A stretch of DNA of 64,000 nucleotides from Roseibacillus sp. GTDB taxonomy: Bacteria; Verrucomicrobiota; Verrucomicrobiia; Verrucomicrobiales; Akkermansiaceae. Made by a program: the position numbers and the translations under genes. The stretch is taken from positions 64,001-128,000 of the forward strand of contig JBPOGI010000006.1 in the NCBI GenBank assembly GCA_051251855.1. The letters are read 5' to 3'. The notes under the pieces were generated by a model that saw only the letters and a list, made by a program, of their open reading frames with translations, did not search any database and was not told the origin of the DNA. Below, piece by piece: positions 20,681 to 30,384 of the stretch (position 1 is the first letter of the stretch; each line of letters begins with the position of its first letter).

Positions 20681-22354
20681 ATGAAAACTGAATCGATTGC
20701 CAAGTATCGCGCCTTTCCTAAGGTGGATCTGCCGGACCGAACGTGGCCTGACCACGAAATCACGAGCGCACCGCTCTGGTGTTCGGTCGATCTCCGTGAT
20801 GGCAACCAGTCTCTTCCAGTGCCGATGTCGGTGGAGGAGAAGTTGGAGATGTTCGATATGCTGGTGGGGGTGGGCTTTAAGGAGATTGAAGTCGGCTTCC
20901 CGAGCGCGAGCGATACCGAGTTCCAGTTTCTGCGCCGCTTGATTGAGGAGAATCGGGTGCCGGGCGACGTCACTTTGCAGGTCTTGGTGCAGACGCGAAA
21001 GCATCTCATCGAGCGAACTTTTGCAGCCTTCAAGGGGGCTAAGAATGTGATCGTGCACATCTATAATTCGACGAGCACCTTGCAGCGGCGGGTCACCTTT
21101 TCAGATGCCAGCCAAGAGTCGATTAAGCAGATCGCGCTTGATGGTACGCAATGGGTCAAGGAATTGGTACCAACCGTTCCAGAAACCAAAGTGCGCTTGC
21201 AGTATTCTCCGGAATCGTTCTCGGATACCGAGTTGGACTTTGCCTTGGAAGTTTGTGAAGGGGTGATGGCGATTTGGGAACCGACGAAGGAAGAGCCTAT
21301 TATTTTGAACCTGCCGGCCACGGTAGAGTGGTCGACGCCTAACGTGCATGCGGACCAGATCGAGTGGATTTGTCGCCATTTGACGAATCGGGAGGCGGCT
21401 TTGATTTCGCTGCATACGCATAACGACCGTGGCACCGGAGTGGCGGCGACCGAGTTGGGTTTGATGGCGGGCGCGGACCGCGTGGAGGGAACTTTATTCG
21501 GCAATGGTGAGCGCACCGGAAATTTGGATATTGTGATCGTCGCTTTGAACATGAACTCACATGGCGTCGCGACGGGGTTGGACTTTTCGAACCTCTCACA
21601 ATTGCGCGAAATCTATGAGCGTACCACGCGCATGACCGTTCCTGACCGTCAGCCCTACGCGGGCGAGTTGGTCTTCACAGCGTTTTCGGGAAGCCATCAG
21701 GACGCCATTAAGAAGGGCTTCGACCGACGCGCCAAAGATGGAGCTGACGCCAAGTGGGGTGTCCCCTATATGACGATTGATCCTTTGGACATCGGTCGGA
21801 GTTACGAGTCCATCGTTCGCATCAATTCGCAAAGTGGAAAAGGCGGGGTGGCCTATATTTTGGATAAGGACCACGGCTTTGACCTTCCCAAGACGATGCA
21901 CCCACAAGTGGGAAAGCGTATCTACGACTTGGCGGACCAAGAAGGCCGTGAGCTTTCGGTTGAAGAGGTGGGTGAGTCTTTCAAACGCGAGTTTTTGAAC
22001 GTCCAGACCGAACTGGTGTTAGAGGACTACGAACTCGATCACCATGTCGGCGAGCGAGGTGATGTCGGCTGCGTGGCGAAAGTGATCCGTGGCGGAAAAG
22101 AGTTGGAGTTGAAGGGCGTCGGAAACGGCCCTATCAATGCCTTTGTCCATGCCATGAAGGTGGCTGGGTGGAAGGACTTTGCTCTTACTGACTATCGTTC
22201 CCACGCCGTTCGCGGGGGATCGGGCGCTGATGCCGCAGCCTATGTCCAGCTACGCAAGGACTCGGGCGAAATCGTCTGGGGGGCGGGGGTGGACTCTTCC
22301 ATCGAGATGGCCGGTGTCAAAGCGCTGGTTTGCGCTTGGAACCTTCTGCGGTAG
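20681..22354 (+). CDS. leuA: 2-isopropylmalate synthase
   Basis: SVDLRDGNQ, YSPESF, LHTHNDRG, GNGERTGN, AFSGSHQDAI, INSQSGKGG. Confidence 0.97.
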   Translation: MKTESIAKYRAFPKVDLPDRTWPDHEITSAPLWCSVDLRDGNQSLPVPMSVEEKLEMFDMLVGVGFKEIEVGFPSASDTEFQFLRRLIEENRVPGDVTLQVLVQTRKHLIERTFAAFKGAKNVIVHIYNSTSTLQRRVTFSDASQESIKQIALDGTQWVKELVPTVPETKVRLQYSPESFSDTELDFALEVCEGVMAIWEPTKEEPIILNLPATVEWSTPNVHADQIEWICRHLTNREAALISLHTHNDRGTGVAATELGLMAGADRVEGTLFGNGERTGNLDIVIVALNMNSHGVATGLDFSNLSQLREIYERTTRMTVPDRQPYAGELVFTAFSGSHQDAIKKGFDRRAKDGADAKWGVPYMTIDPLDIGRSYESIVRINSQSGKGGVAYILDKDHGFDLPKTMHPQVGKRIYDLADQEGRELSVEEVGESFKREFLNVQTELVLEDYELDHHVGERGDVGCVAKVIRGGKELELKGVGNGPINAFVHAMKVAGWKDFALTDYRSHAVRGGSGADAAAYVQLRKDSGEIVWGAGVDSSIEMAGVKALVCAWNLLR

Positions 22355-22357
22355 CAA

Positions 22358-22492
22358 GTAGCTCATCCACCGAGTAGCGCATCCCTCCCGGGATGTGAAC
22401 GTGCCGAGGACTTTCTAGTCCTTCGGCATCGGTCCGTCACTGGGAAGACTGGAAAGTCTCCGGCACGATCACATGTCGGAGACATGAGCTAC
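22358..22492. repeat. Long imperfect palindrome (REP/REPIN-like) between convergent genes
   Basis: GTAGCTCAT...ATGAGCTAC ends; inner ATGTGAACGTGCCG..GACTTTCTAGTC / GACTGGAAAGTC..CGGCACGATCACAT. Confidence 0.65.
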
Positions 22493-25400
22493 TACTCCGT
22501 TATGAGCTCTTCAATGCGGAAGAACGCTTTCTTAAGCGTGATTGGAGTCTGCGCCCCGTAGGTGCTAATAAAGGAGTCGGCGCTAGGGAAAATCTGAAAC
22601 GGATCACTGACGACTGGGGTGGTTCCACTGCTAAGCTCATACACTCGATTCGGATTGCTCGTGTAGGTGATGAGGGTTTCGTGGTTGCCAGCAACATTGA
22701 TGGTTGTTTTGCAGTCGAGGATTCGGAGGTCGGTATCCTCGGGAAGACCCAGTAATTCAATTTCCGCGATGGCGAGTCCTTCCGTGAAGGGATTGCTATC
22801 TTCTTGGAAGCGCAGGTTAGGGAAGATCAAGCGATAGGAACGATAGGGCTGGGATTGAATCGAACGGTAGAAGAATTGGGGGGTTGTGCGGCTGGCAAAG
22901 GCGGGCACTTCTCCAGAGAAGACAGGGATGTAGTTCCAGTCATCGTTGGTGCCTAAAAGGAGGAAGGTCTTGGGGTCGCGATTGACGGTAAAGGTCTCGT
23001 CCGACACCTGGATGCTTAGTCCAACAATAGAGGCAGCACCGATGCGTGGGGTGATATCGAGGCCCGCATTGATGTTGGCGAAGGTGAAGTGCTTCGCGGA
23101 GGTGTTGTTGATGGTTTGCTCGGGACCTTCGCCCGCAGGGCTGGCGGGAGCATCGGCTGGGAAGGCTTGGATCGAACTGGTGGGGTCTGTGATGTCGGCA
23201 AAAGCGGAAGGAGGGGCGACAACGGTGATGAGCTCGCCCCAATCGGGCTGGGTGGCTCCGATATCGGGATTGCCGAAGCGGGATTCGCCGCGCTGATCGA
23301 GTTGCGGAGTCTCATCAGTGAGCATGCCATTGCCAAGTGCCGGGGAACCAGGGAGGGGGAGGATGGTGGGAGTAGGGCCACCGTTGTTAATCAGGGCTGG
23401 GCCGTTGTCACCGATGTCGCCGACGAGAAGGGGCTCGAGGGGAGTGGTGCCATCACCGACATAGTTGCCATCTGTGTTGGGGCTATCGGCTGGAAAGGCT
23501 GTGGAAGAGCCGGTATTGTCGCGGATGAGATTGGGGGCTGTGAAAGAAGAGGATGTTGCAGCTGAATACCTAATGTCGGGGGTGGAGGCGCCGGTATTGT
23601 GAGCAATCAGGGTATTTCCAATTGTGATCGAACCACCGTTATTACTTAGTCCACCACCACTTCCATTTGAATTATTTCTGACGACTGTGCAGTTATGAAG
23701 GGTCATCGTCGAGGTGGAACCATTGTTCTCGATTCCGCCTGCAAATCCATCGGCTTGATTGTCAAAGATAGTGCAATTGGTAGCCAAGAGCGTACCGCCG
23801 CCAAGATTGATAATTCCGCCTCCGGCATTGGTCGAGGTGTTGCCAAAGATAGTGCAATTGAGAAGAGTCATCGTCGTACCTGCAGTCGAATTGGAAACAC
23901 CGCCGCCATTAGCGGCACGACCACCTGTGATGGAGAATCCATCGAGAGTGATTGTTCCGCCGCTGAAGGAGCTCACGACTCTTCCTGCTTGATTGCCATC
24001 GAGGGTAATTCCTCCAGCTGACTGTGCGTCAAGGATGAGGGTCTTGTTAGGCATGGTGAGTTGCCCAGTGAGAGTGATGGTGTTGTTCTCGCCACCGGTG
24101 AAAAATTCGGAGTCGAAATCAATGTAGGCTGGCGAAGTGGCATCGACGAGGGCTTGCCGGAGACTGCCAGGACCGGAGTCGTTGTTGTTCGCAACTTGGA
24201 CAATGGACGGAGCGGTGAGGGTGACATCGTTTCCGCTCCCTCCGAGATAGCTGATGGCGGCCACATGGGCGCTCGTATTTCCGAAGGAGAGCAATTCTCC
24301 TTCGGGAAGCCCGAGAAAGTTGCCGAGGATGGTATCCGAGGCGTCGTTTTCGATGAGGACGAAGGAATCACCTTCTTGCAAAGGCTCGAAACCAATAGCT
24401 CGCAAACTTGCTTGGGTGAGATCAAGTTCGCCATTAACCACAAGAGGCTGGAGGAGAGTGGGGTCGTCGAAGATTTGCTGAAAGCGACCCTCAATCGCAA
24501 AAGTTTTGCCAACCAAAGAAAGGCTTCCGCCAGAGAAGCTTTGCTGCACATACCCATCGATGGCTGCAACGATGAACCGATCCACTTCGGCAGGTGAGAT
24601 GTCGCCATCAATGGTGATGGTGCCTACTTCGCTTTCGCAAACAAGATTGCTGGTGAAGAAGCGGTCGAGTTCGGCATCGGTAAGATCCAGTCGATCAGAG
24701 GCAGAGAAACCGCCGAGGTGAAGGTTATCAATCGCGTTGGTAGGAGCGAGCGTGACCGAGCCCGAAGGTGCTCCCGCTTCGATGATAGCTGTCGCTGCCA
24801 GCTGAAGTCCGGTGGTTTCGATTCGGATGCTTCCTGCCGTAGAAGGGGTCTGTAAGGAAGAGGTACCGTTCATGACTAAACCTTGTTCTTCCCCTATCTC
24901 GTCGACGGCAACGATTACGAGGTTGCCGCCTCCAGTCTTGATGCGTGCTTCGTCGCCGGCCATTTCGATGCCGTAGTTGGCGTTCGAGCCTAGCGGACCG
25001 CGTCCGATTCCGGTCACGGTGACATCTCCTCCATTGAGGGCCGAAATTTCGGTATTAGGAAAGAGGGCGACTCCAATGCCAAAGTCGACACCCGAGTCAC
25101 CGCCTGTCCCCGTGACGACCACGTCTCCTCCGGTGCTCGAAATTTTGGTGCCGACACCAAACAGGGTGATCCCGCGGTTGACCCGATCTGGGGAGGAGCC
25201 ACCAGTTCCCTCCACGGTCACGACTCCCGAACCCCCGATGATTTGCGCCCCCGAGCTGAGTTGGATGCCTAGTTGGCCGAATCCTGCATTTCCGCCTCGT
25301 CCCGTGATATCGATGTTCCCCGTTCCGGTACTCGTGATCAGAGTTCCACTGGAATTTCCTTCGATGAAAACGCCGGTGAAGGTTCCTGGATTCGGGGTCG

Positions 25401-26346
25401 TGCTAGCGTTCCCTTCAATGCGGATTCTGCCATTGGCGGTGGTGAGGGTTGCTCCGCCACTGACTTTCACCTGTTGGTCGCAACGGAGGGTGATGTCTCC
25501 GTCTCCGGTGGTGGTGATGGCGGCTCCTGCTCCGACGTTGATCTGATCGGCCACGACAAACCCTTCGTTGGTCAGGTTGACGCTCAAATCGCGGTCAATG
25601 GCGAAGTCGATGGTACCGGAGAAGTTGAGAGTGTCGTCACCATCCCCTCCGTTGATGGAAAGGCGAGGAAAGTTGGAGGGAAGGTTTTCGACGTTGATGA
25701 TGTCGTCACCGTCTCTGGCTTGGATTGTGATCGAGGTAATTCCAGAGAGATCCAGATTGCCTGAGGAGCCGGTTATCTGGGGCCCGGTCGTTAAGGCGAA
25801 GGTGCGACCAGGAGCAGAGAATAAGAGCTTCGAGGGGTCGGACGCCGCTGCTGCCACGGTGAGGGTGTCGCTATTGCCGCTTTCATCAGAGATGGTGAGC
25901 GATGATCCGTTCGGAGTGATTTGGTAGTCGGGGAGTTTTTCAACGACAAAGGTCGTGCTCCAAGGGGTTCCCGTTGAAGTTCCTACAATGGCGGAAAGGT
26001 TATAACTTCCTGCTGGTAAGGATGCAGGAAGCGGATTTATTTCGATCGAAAATGAATCAAATGAGTAAGAATAGAGAACGGTATTGGCGAATGAGATGGA
26101 GCGGGATTGAGATAGGAGTCCAGTAGTGCCGATGGAGCCGCTAGCCGAAACAAGTCGATGACCAGCGGGGACCGTCACATTGAGTTGATCTCTGCCGTCA
26201 TTGGGCGTGGATAGATTGCCACTGACCGTATTACTGCCGACATCGAGGGTATAGGGTGTGCCCGGGTTGAAGTTGGAAAAATCCGTGCTTTCGACCAAAT
26301 CGGCTGCAGAGAGAGAGCCCGCAGCTGAGATTCCGATCAAAAGCAA
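22492..26346 (-). CDS. Large secreted beta-helix surface protein (choice-of-anchor Q-like); start uncertain
   Basis: G/T/S-rich repeats, DSGPGSLRQAL, GGGI.N repeats, NGGPTPT...DQRG..PDIGA. Confidence 0.8.
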   Translation of the reverse strand: MLLIGISAAGSLSAADLVESTDFSNFNPGTPYTLDVGSNTVSGNLSTPNDGRDQLNVTVPAGHRLVSASGSIGTTGLLSQSRSISFANTVLYSYSFDSFSIEINPLPASLPAGSYNLSAIVGTSTGTPWSTTFVVEKLPDYQITPNGSSLTISDESGNSDTLTVAAAASDPSKLLFSAPGRTFALTTGPQITGSSGNLDLSGITSITIQARDGDDIINVENLPSNFPRLSINGGDGDDTLNFSGTIDFAIDRDLSVNLTNEGFVVADQINVGAGAAITTTGDGDITLRCDQQVKVSGGATLTTANGRIRIEGNASTTPNPGTFTGVFIEGNSSGTLITSTGTGNIDITGRGGNAGFGQLGIQLSSGAQIIGGSGVVTVEGTGGSSPDRVNRGITLFGVGTKISSTGGDVVVTGTGGDSGVDFGIGVALFPNTEISALNGGDVTVTGIGRGPLGSNANYGIEMAGDEARIKTGGGNLVIVAVDEIGEEQGLVMNGTSSLQTPSTAGSIRIETTGLQLAATAIIEAGAPSGSVTLAPTNAIDNLHLGGFSASDRLDLTDAELDRFFTSNLVCESEVGTITIDGDISPAEVDRFIVAAIDGYVQQSFSGGSLSLVGKTFAIEGRFQQIFDDPTLLQPLVVNGELDLTQASLRAIGFEPLQEGDSFVLIENDASDTILGNFLGLPEGELLSFGNTSAHVAAISYLGGSGNDVTLTAPSIVQVANNNDSGPGSLRQALVDATSPAYIDFDSEFFTGGENNTITLTGQLTMPNKTLILDAQSAGGITLDGNQAGRVVSSFSGGTITLDGFSITGGRAANGGGVSNSTAGTTMTLLNCTIFGNTSTNAGGGIINLGGGTLLATNCTIFDNQADGFAGGIENNGSTSTMTLHNCTVVRNNSNGSGGGLSNNGGSITIGNTLIAHNTGASTPDIRYSAATSSSFTAPNLIRDNTGSSTAFPADSPNTDGNYVGDGTTPLEPLLVGDIGDNGPALINNGGPTPTILPLPGSPALGNGMLTDETPQLDQRGESRFGNPDIGATQPDWGELITVVAPPSAFADITDPTSSIQAFPADAPASPAGEGPEQTINNTSAKHFTFANINAGLDITPRIGAASIVGLSIQVSDETFTVNRDPKTFLLLGTNDDWNYIPVFSGEVPAFASRTTPQFFYRSIQSQPYRSYRLIFPNLRFQEDSNPFTEGLAIAEIELLGLPEDTDLRILDCKTTINVAGNHETLITYTSNPNRVYELSSGTTPVVSDPFQIFPSADSFISTYGAQTPITLKKAFFRIEELITE

Positions 26347-26488
26347 ACACCACTTTCACCCCACTTTATGAGTCATGCTTGGATTGAGGGCTAGAAACGG
26401 AGGGATAGCAACGAAACTCGGGATTTTCGGGTAGACACTCTCTTCTGCGCCTCTTGTGGGAACGGCGTTGAAGTGCTATGGGTTTGCC

Positions 26489-27352
26489 ATGAGTTTCGGA
26501 TATGGCGGTGGTTCTTACGGCTCGGGTGGCGAGAACTGGCAGCAACCTCTCTTTCGCATTGGGCGTCTTCCTATCAATGTCACCGCGTTGGTGATTCTAC
26601 TGCAGGTGGTAGGGATGTTGATTGTGGTGGCGCTTCCTAAGCAGACCTCTTCTTTGGCTGCTTTTGTTCCTGAGGCATTCTTGTCGGGTTCGATCTGGCA
26701 GGCAGTGACTTACCCGTTTTTTGCGATGCCGAGTATCTTCCTGCTGATTGGGATGTATTTTTTCTACAACTTTGGCGGAATGGTGGAAAACGCTTTGGGT
26801 AGAGCTCGCTATGTCCGTTTGCTTCTGGCGGTGATGCTGCTTCCTTCTGTGGTGGTGGTGTTGACGCATCTCTTGAGCGTGCCCGGTTTCTTGGTGGGAT
26901 CGCAACTTCCTCATCTCGCTGTCTTTGTGGCCGCAATCGCGATGATGCCCAATGCGCCGACGATGTTTTTTGGTTTTCCTATCAAGTGGCTCGCGGTTGC
27001 CTTCGTTGCTTTGGGGATGCTGCAGTATCTGATGATGCGGAATTTCGGCGCCTGCCTCGCGTTAGTCTCGGTGGTTTATTTCGCTCTTTGGTGGATGAAG
27101 CAGGCAGGGCATGTGAGTCAATGGGGAGTGGTCGATGATGTTCTGGGGCCACGACCTCAGCGGAAGACTCGCAAGAAGAAGGCGTCCCCAAAACGGAAGC
27201 AGAGCTATGAGAAAAAGTTGAAGCCACGCACCAAGATCGCTTCTTCGAAGAGCAAAGACGTGGATCGCATTTTGGACAAAATTAACGAGCAGGGGCTTCA
27301 CTCCCTGACGGAGGAAGAGCGTCTGATTTTGCAAAAAGAGAGTAAGCGGTAG
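26489..27352 (+). CDS. Rhomboid-like intramembrane protein with conserved C-terminal domain
   Basis: WQAVTYPF, FGGMVE, TM helices; C-terminal VDRILDKINEQGLHSLTEEER. Confidence 0.8.
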   Translation: MSFGYGGGSYGSGGENWQQPLFRIGRLPINVTALVILLQVVGMLIVVALPKQTSSLAAFVPEAFLSGSIWQAVTYPFFAMPSIFLLIGMYFFYNFGGMVENALGRARYVRLLLAVMLLPSVVVVLTHLLSVPGFLVGSQLPHLAVFVAAIAMMPNAPTMFFGFPIKWLAVAFVALGMLQYLMMRNFGACLALVSVVYFALWWMKQAGHVSQWGVVDDVLGPRPQRKTRKKKASPKRKQSYEKKLKPRTKIASSKSKDVDRILDKINEQGLHSLTEEERLILQKESKR

Positions 27353-27503
27353 CGAGGCGTGGTGGCGCTGGATTCGGTTCCTTTTTGCTCTAAGTAGAAC
27401 GGCCGTTCGCTTAGTTGACTGAAAAGAAAGGCTGATTCCTGAAGTCAACGACTGCGTTAGATGTTGTCGTGGTTAGACCAAACCTGCTGTGGACGACTGA
27501 AGT

Positions 27504-27755
27504 CGAATGGCACTGTGATAGTCGAAAAGTCGGGCCTTTCAAAAGCAGTGGCCGCAGGCTTGAGAGGGTGGCTTTTTAAGCCGCTGGGGAGGCTCTCGCT
27601 CATAAGAGGGCCGACGAATCAGCATAGGAACAGCGGATTCGAGAACGAACAGGCCTACCCTCAACTGACGGCAATATAAGGTGGCGGCTTGGAAAGACCA
27701 CGCTCCCGTTTCCTTGCCTTCGACACTACAAGGTGGCTTAACACAGTGCCATTCG
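27504..27755. mobile_element. MITE-like non-autonomous element (252 bp) with an internal REP-like pair
   Basis: 14-bp perfect terminal IRs CGAATGGCACTGTG / CACAGTGCCATTCG; flanking near-direct repeats ACTGAAGT / GCTGAAGT. Confidence 0.7.
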
Positions 27756-27860
27756 GCTGAAGTCGATCCTCCTATCTGGCAGAGCTAGGAATCATCGGTC
27801 TCTTTGGCAGAGAGCTGTAAAAACGTTGTAGACGGGGTGGGTTCCGCTATCACTAGCGCC

Positions 27861-28688
27861 ATGACGGATGAGGAAATGATGAGCTGTGAGGAGAGTGGTC
27901 GCCAAGTTGAGCGATTGCGGGCCATCATGCATCGTTTGCGCGCGCCGAAGGGGTGTCCGTGGGATGCTGAGCAGACGCATGAATCCCTCGTCTCGAATTT
28001 ACTCGAAGAGGCTTATGAGGTGGTGGCTGCCATTCGTTCGGGCGATGGCGAGAATTTGCAAGAAGAGTTAGGGGACCTTTTATTACAGGTGGTCTTTCAC
28101 TCTGAGTTGGCGAGCGAGCGTGGCGCCTTTGACCTCGATGAGGTGGCGCGTGGGATTTCCGAGAAGCTCATTCGTCGTCACCCGCATGTTTATGGCGAGA
28201 GTGCGGCGGGAGATAGCGGTGCGGTGCTGAAACAGTGGGAGGAGATCAAGCGGGCTGAAAAAGGAGACCAAGATGAGCCCTATCTCCATGGAGTGGGGAA
28301 GGGGTTACCGGCCACTTTGCGCGGTTACAAATTGCAGAAGAAGGCGGCGAAGGTGGGATTCGATTGGGCTGAGGCGCAGGGAATTGTGGGTAAGATTGAA
28401 GAAGAGCTAGGAGAAGTGAAGGAGGAGTTGGCTCGAGTGGAAAATGGGGAAGATGCGCGTCTCGAACTTGAGCAAGAGATTGGTGATCTTCTTTTTGTGA
28501 CCGTCAATTTGGCGCGCAAATTGAAAATTGATCCCGAGGTGGCTTTGGAGGGAACCAACGTGAAGTTTGAGAAGCGCTTTGGCTATCTAGAAAAGATTCT
28601 TAAGGATAGAGGCACGAGCTTGGATGAGGCGACCATTGAGGAGATGAACGTTCTCTGGGAAGAGGCGAAGAGTAGAGCAACTGCCTAG
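27861..28688 (+). CDS. mazG: Nucleoside triphosphate pyrophosphohydrolase MazG
   Basis: LRAPKGCPWDAEQTHES, EELGDLLLQVVFH, RRHPHV, AAKVGFDW, EIGDLLF. Confidence 0.96.
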   Translation: MTDEEMMSCEESGRQVERLRAIMHRLRAPKGCPWDAEQTHESLVSNLLEEAYEVVAAIRSGDGENLQEELGDLLLQVVFHSELASERGAFDLDEVARGISEKLIRRHPHVYGESAAGDSGAVLKQWEEIKRAEKGDQDEPYLHGVGKGLPATLRGYKLQKKAAKVGFDWAEAQGIVGKIEEELGEVKEELARVENGEDARLELEQEIGDLLFVTVNLARKLKIDPEVALEGTNVKFEKRFGYLEKILKDRGTSLDEATIEEMNVLWEEAKSRATA

Positions 28689-28829
28689 AGGTTGACTGAA
28701 ATTCTGACAAGAATTCGGCACTATTCTAAACGACTGGGTGAGAAGTCTTTCCTTCTTATGAACAGCTGCGGGACACACTTCTACTTTCTATGAGTTGAAA
28801 AAGTGCTCGTTCAGCTCATCGTCGGGTGA

Positions 28830-29138
28830 GTGAAAGCCATCCTCCTGTTCCTTCTTTTCTCTTTCCTCGCCTGCAGCTGTCATCGTATTCCCGAGGTGAC
28901 TCCAAAAATGGCCAGTGAGTTTGAGGTCGAGGAGAGCCAGCTCCAGCTGGGGCGCGAACTTTATCTTAAGAACTGCAATCGCTGTCATAGCCGTGTCTTC
29001 CCCGGTAATCTTGATGCCGAATATTGGCGTGAGATTGTTCCGCACATGGCCAAGAATGCCGAACTAGAGGAAGGGGACGAACAAGCCATTTTGCTCTACC
29101 TCATGGCCGCTCACAATGAGGTCCATAACATCCACTAG
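28830..29138 (+). CDS. Small c-type cytochrome lipoprotein
   Basis: Lipobox-like LAC; CNRCH heme motif; distal Met (PHMAK). Confidence 0.8.
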   Translation: MKAILLFLLFSFLACSCHRIPEVTPKMASEFEVEESQLQLGRELYLKNCNRCHSRVFPGNLDAEYWREIVPHMAKNAELEEGDEQAILLYLMAAHNEVHNIH

Positions 29139-29238
29139 CGCACCCAACTCAACCCTGAGGCGAGTCTTTGTTAGAAATTTGGTCTCTGGGAGCTTCTTGT
29201 CTTTCGACTTTGATGAGGATGGTGTGGACCTGCACTCT

Positions 29239-30315
29239 CTAGAGGCTCTGGCTGAAGGAGTCCTTGGGCTTGAGGTCGAGGAGCATGTTCGCCAAGAGTT
29301 GGACGGTCTGGTTGATGTCTCGGCGATGAGCTGTTTCCACCACTGAATGCATGCAGCGGAGGGGGAGGGAAACGAGGGCGGACGGAATGCCATTGTGAAC
29401 GTCGTAGATGGAGTCGGTGTCGGTGCCGGTGAAGCGACCAACCGCTTCGTGTTGAAGAGGGACTTTGACTTTGGTGGCCACCTTTTGCAGGCGCTCGACC
29501 ACCAGTGGGTGGTTAGCTCCTCCGTGGGAGACGGTAGGGCCCTCGCCCAGTTTGACGTCGCCGGTTTTGGCCGGGCTGAGCCCGGGGGTGTCGGTGGCGT
29601 GGGTGACGTCGAGACAGACGCATGCGGTGGGATGAATCCGGTTGGTGGCCATTTTGGCTCCGAAGCCTCCGATTTCCTCCTGCACGGCATTGAGGCAGAC
29701 GAGCGTCCAGGCAGGTTTCTTGTCGGCAGCTGCTACGATCTTCATGGCTTGCGCAATGATGTAGCCACCGATGCGGTTATCGAGAGCGCGACTGACGAGA
29801 AGGTCTTTGCCGAGTTCCATCGGGCCGTCGATGTAAACCGCAGGATGGCCGACTCGCAGACCGAGGGCGGCCACTTCGGCGGGATTGGAGGCACCGACAT
29901 CGACCCAGAGGTCGTGGGTTTGTGGTGCCTTTTCGCTGGCGAGAGAATCGCGGCGAAGGTGGATGGCGGTGTTGCCGATGATTCCTGTCACTTCACCTTT
30001 GTCGCCCAGAATGCGAAGGCGTCGACCGCGCGCTGTGGCGACATCGGAACCACCGACTCGGTCGAGACGCAGGAAGCCGTTTTTCTCAACGTGCTTGATG
30101 ATGAAGCCAATTTCGTCGGCATGGGCCTCGAGCATGAGAACGTTTTTGGAAGTGCCTTTGATGGTGGCCCAGGTGGAACCGTAAGTGTCGCACTCCACTT
30201 CATCTGCGAAGTCTTTCACGTAGTCCGCCCAGACGCGCTGGCCCGGCATTTCCCAACCGGTGGGGCTGGGGGTTTCGAGAAGTTTGAAGAGAAATTTTTG
30301 GTCGGCCTTGGTCAT
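29239..30315 (-). CDS. M42-family aminopeptidase
   Basis: SPTGWE, AHADEIG, ALDNRIG, QEEIG, LDVT, GTDTD, MHS. Confidence 0.92.
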   Translation of the reverse strand: MTKADQKFLFKLLETPSPTGWEMPGQRVWADYVKDFADEVECDTYGSTWATIKGTSKNVLMLEAHADEIGFIIKHVEKNGFLRLDRVGGSDVATARGRRLRILGDKGEVTGIIGNTAIHLRRDSLASEKAPQTHDLWVDVGASNPAEVAALGLRVGHPAVYIDGPMELGKDLLVSRALDNRIGGYIIAQAMKIVAAADKKPAWTLVCLNAVQEEIGGFGAKMATNRIHPTACVCLDVTHATDTPGLSPAKTGDVKLGEGPTVSHGGANHPLVVERLQKVATKVKVPLQHEAVGRFTGTDTDSIYDVHNGIPSALVSLPLRCMHSVVETAHRRDINQTVQLLANMLLDLKPKDSFSQSL

Positions 30316-30384
30316 GTCAAAGACTCAAGACGGGTCGCGCCAAGACGCAAGAATTCTTTCTCTCCAGATGGCTACTTTTCTTCT

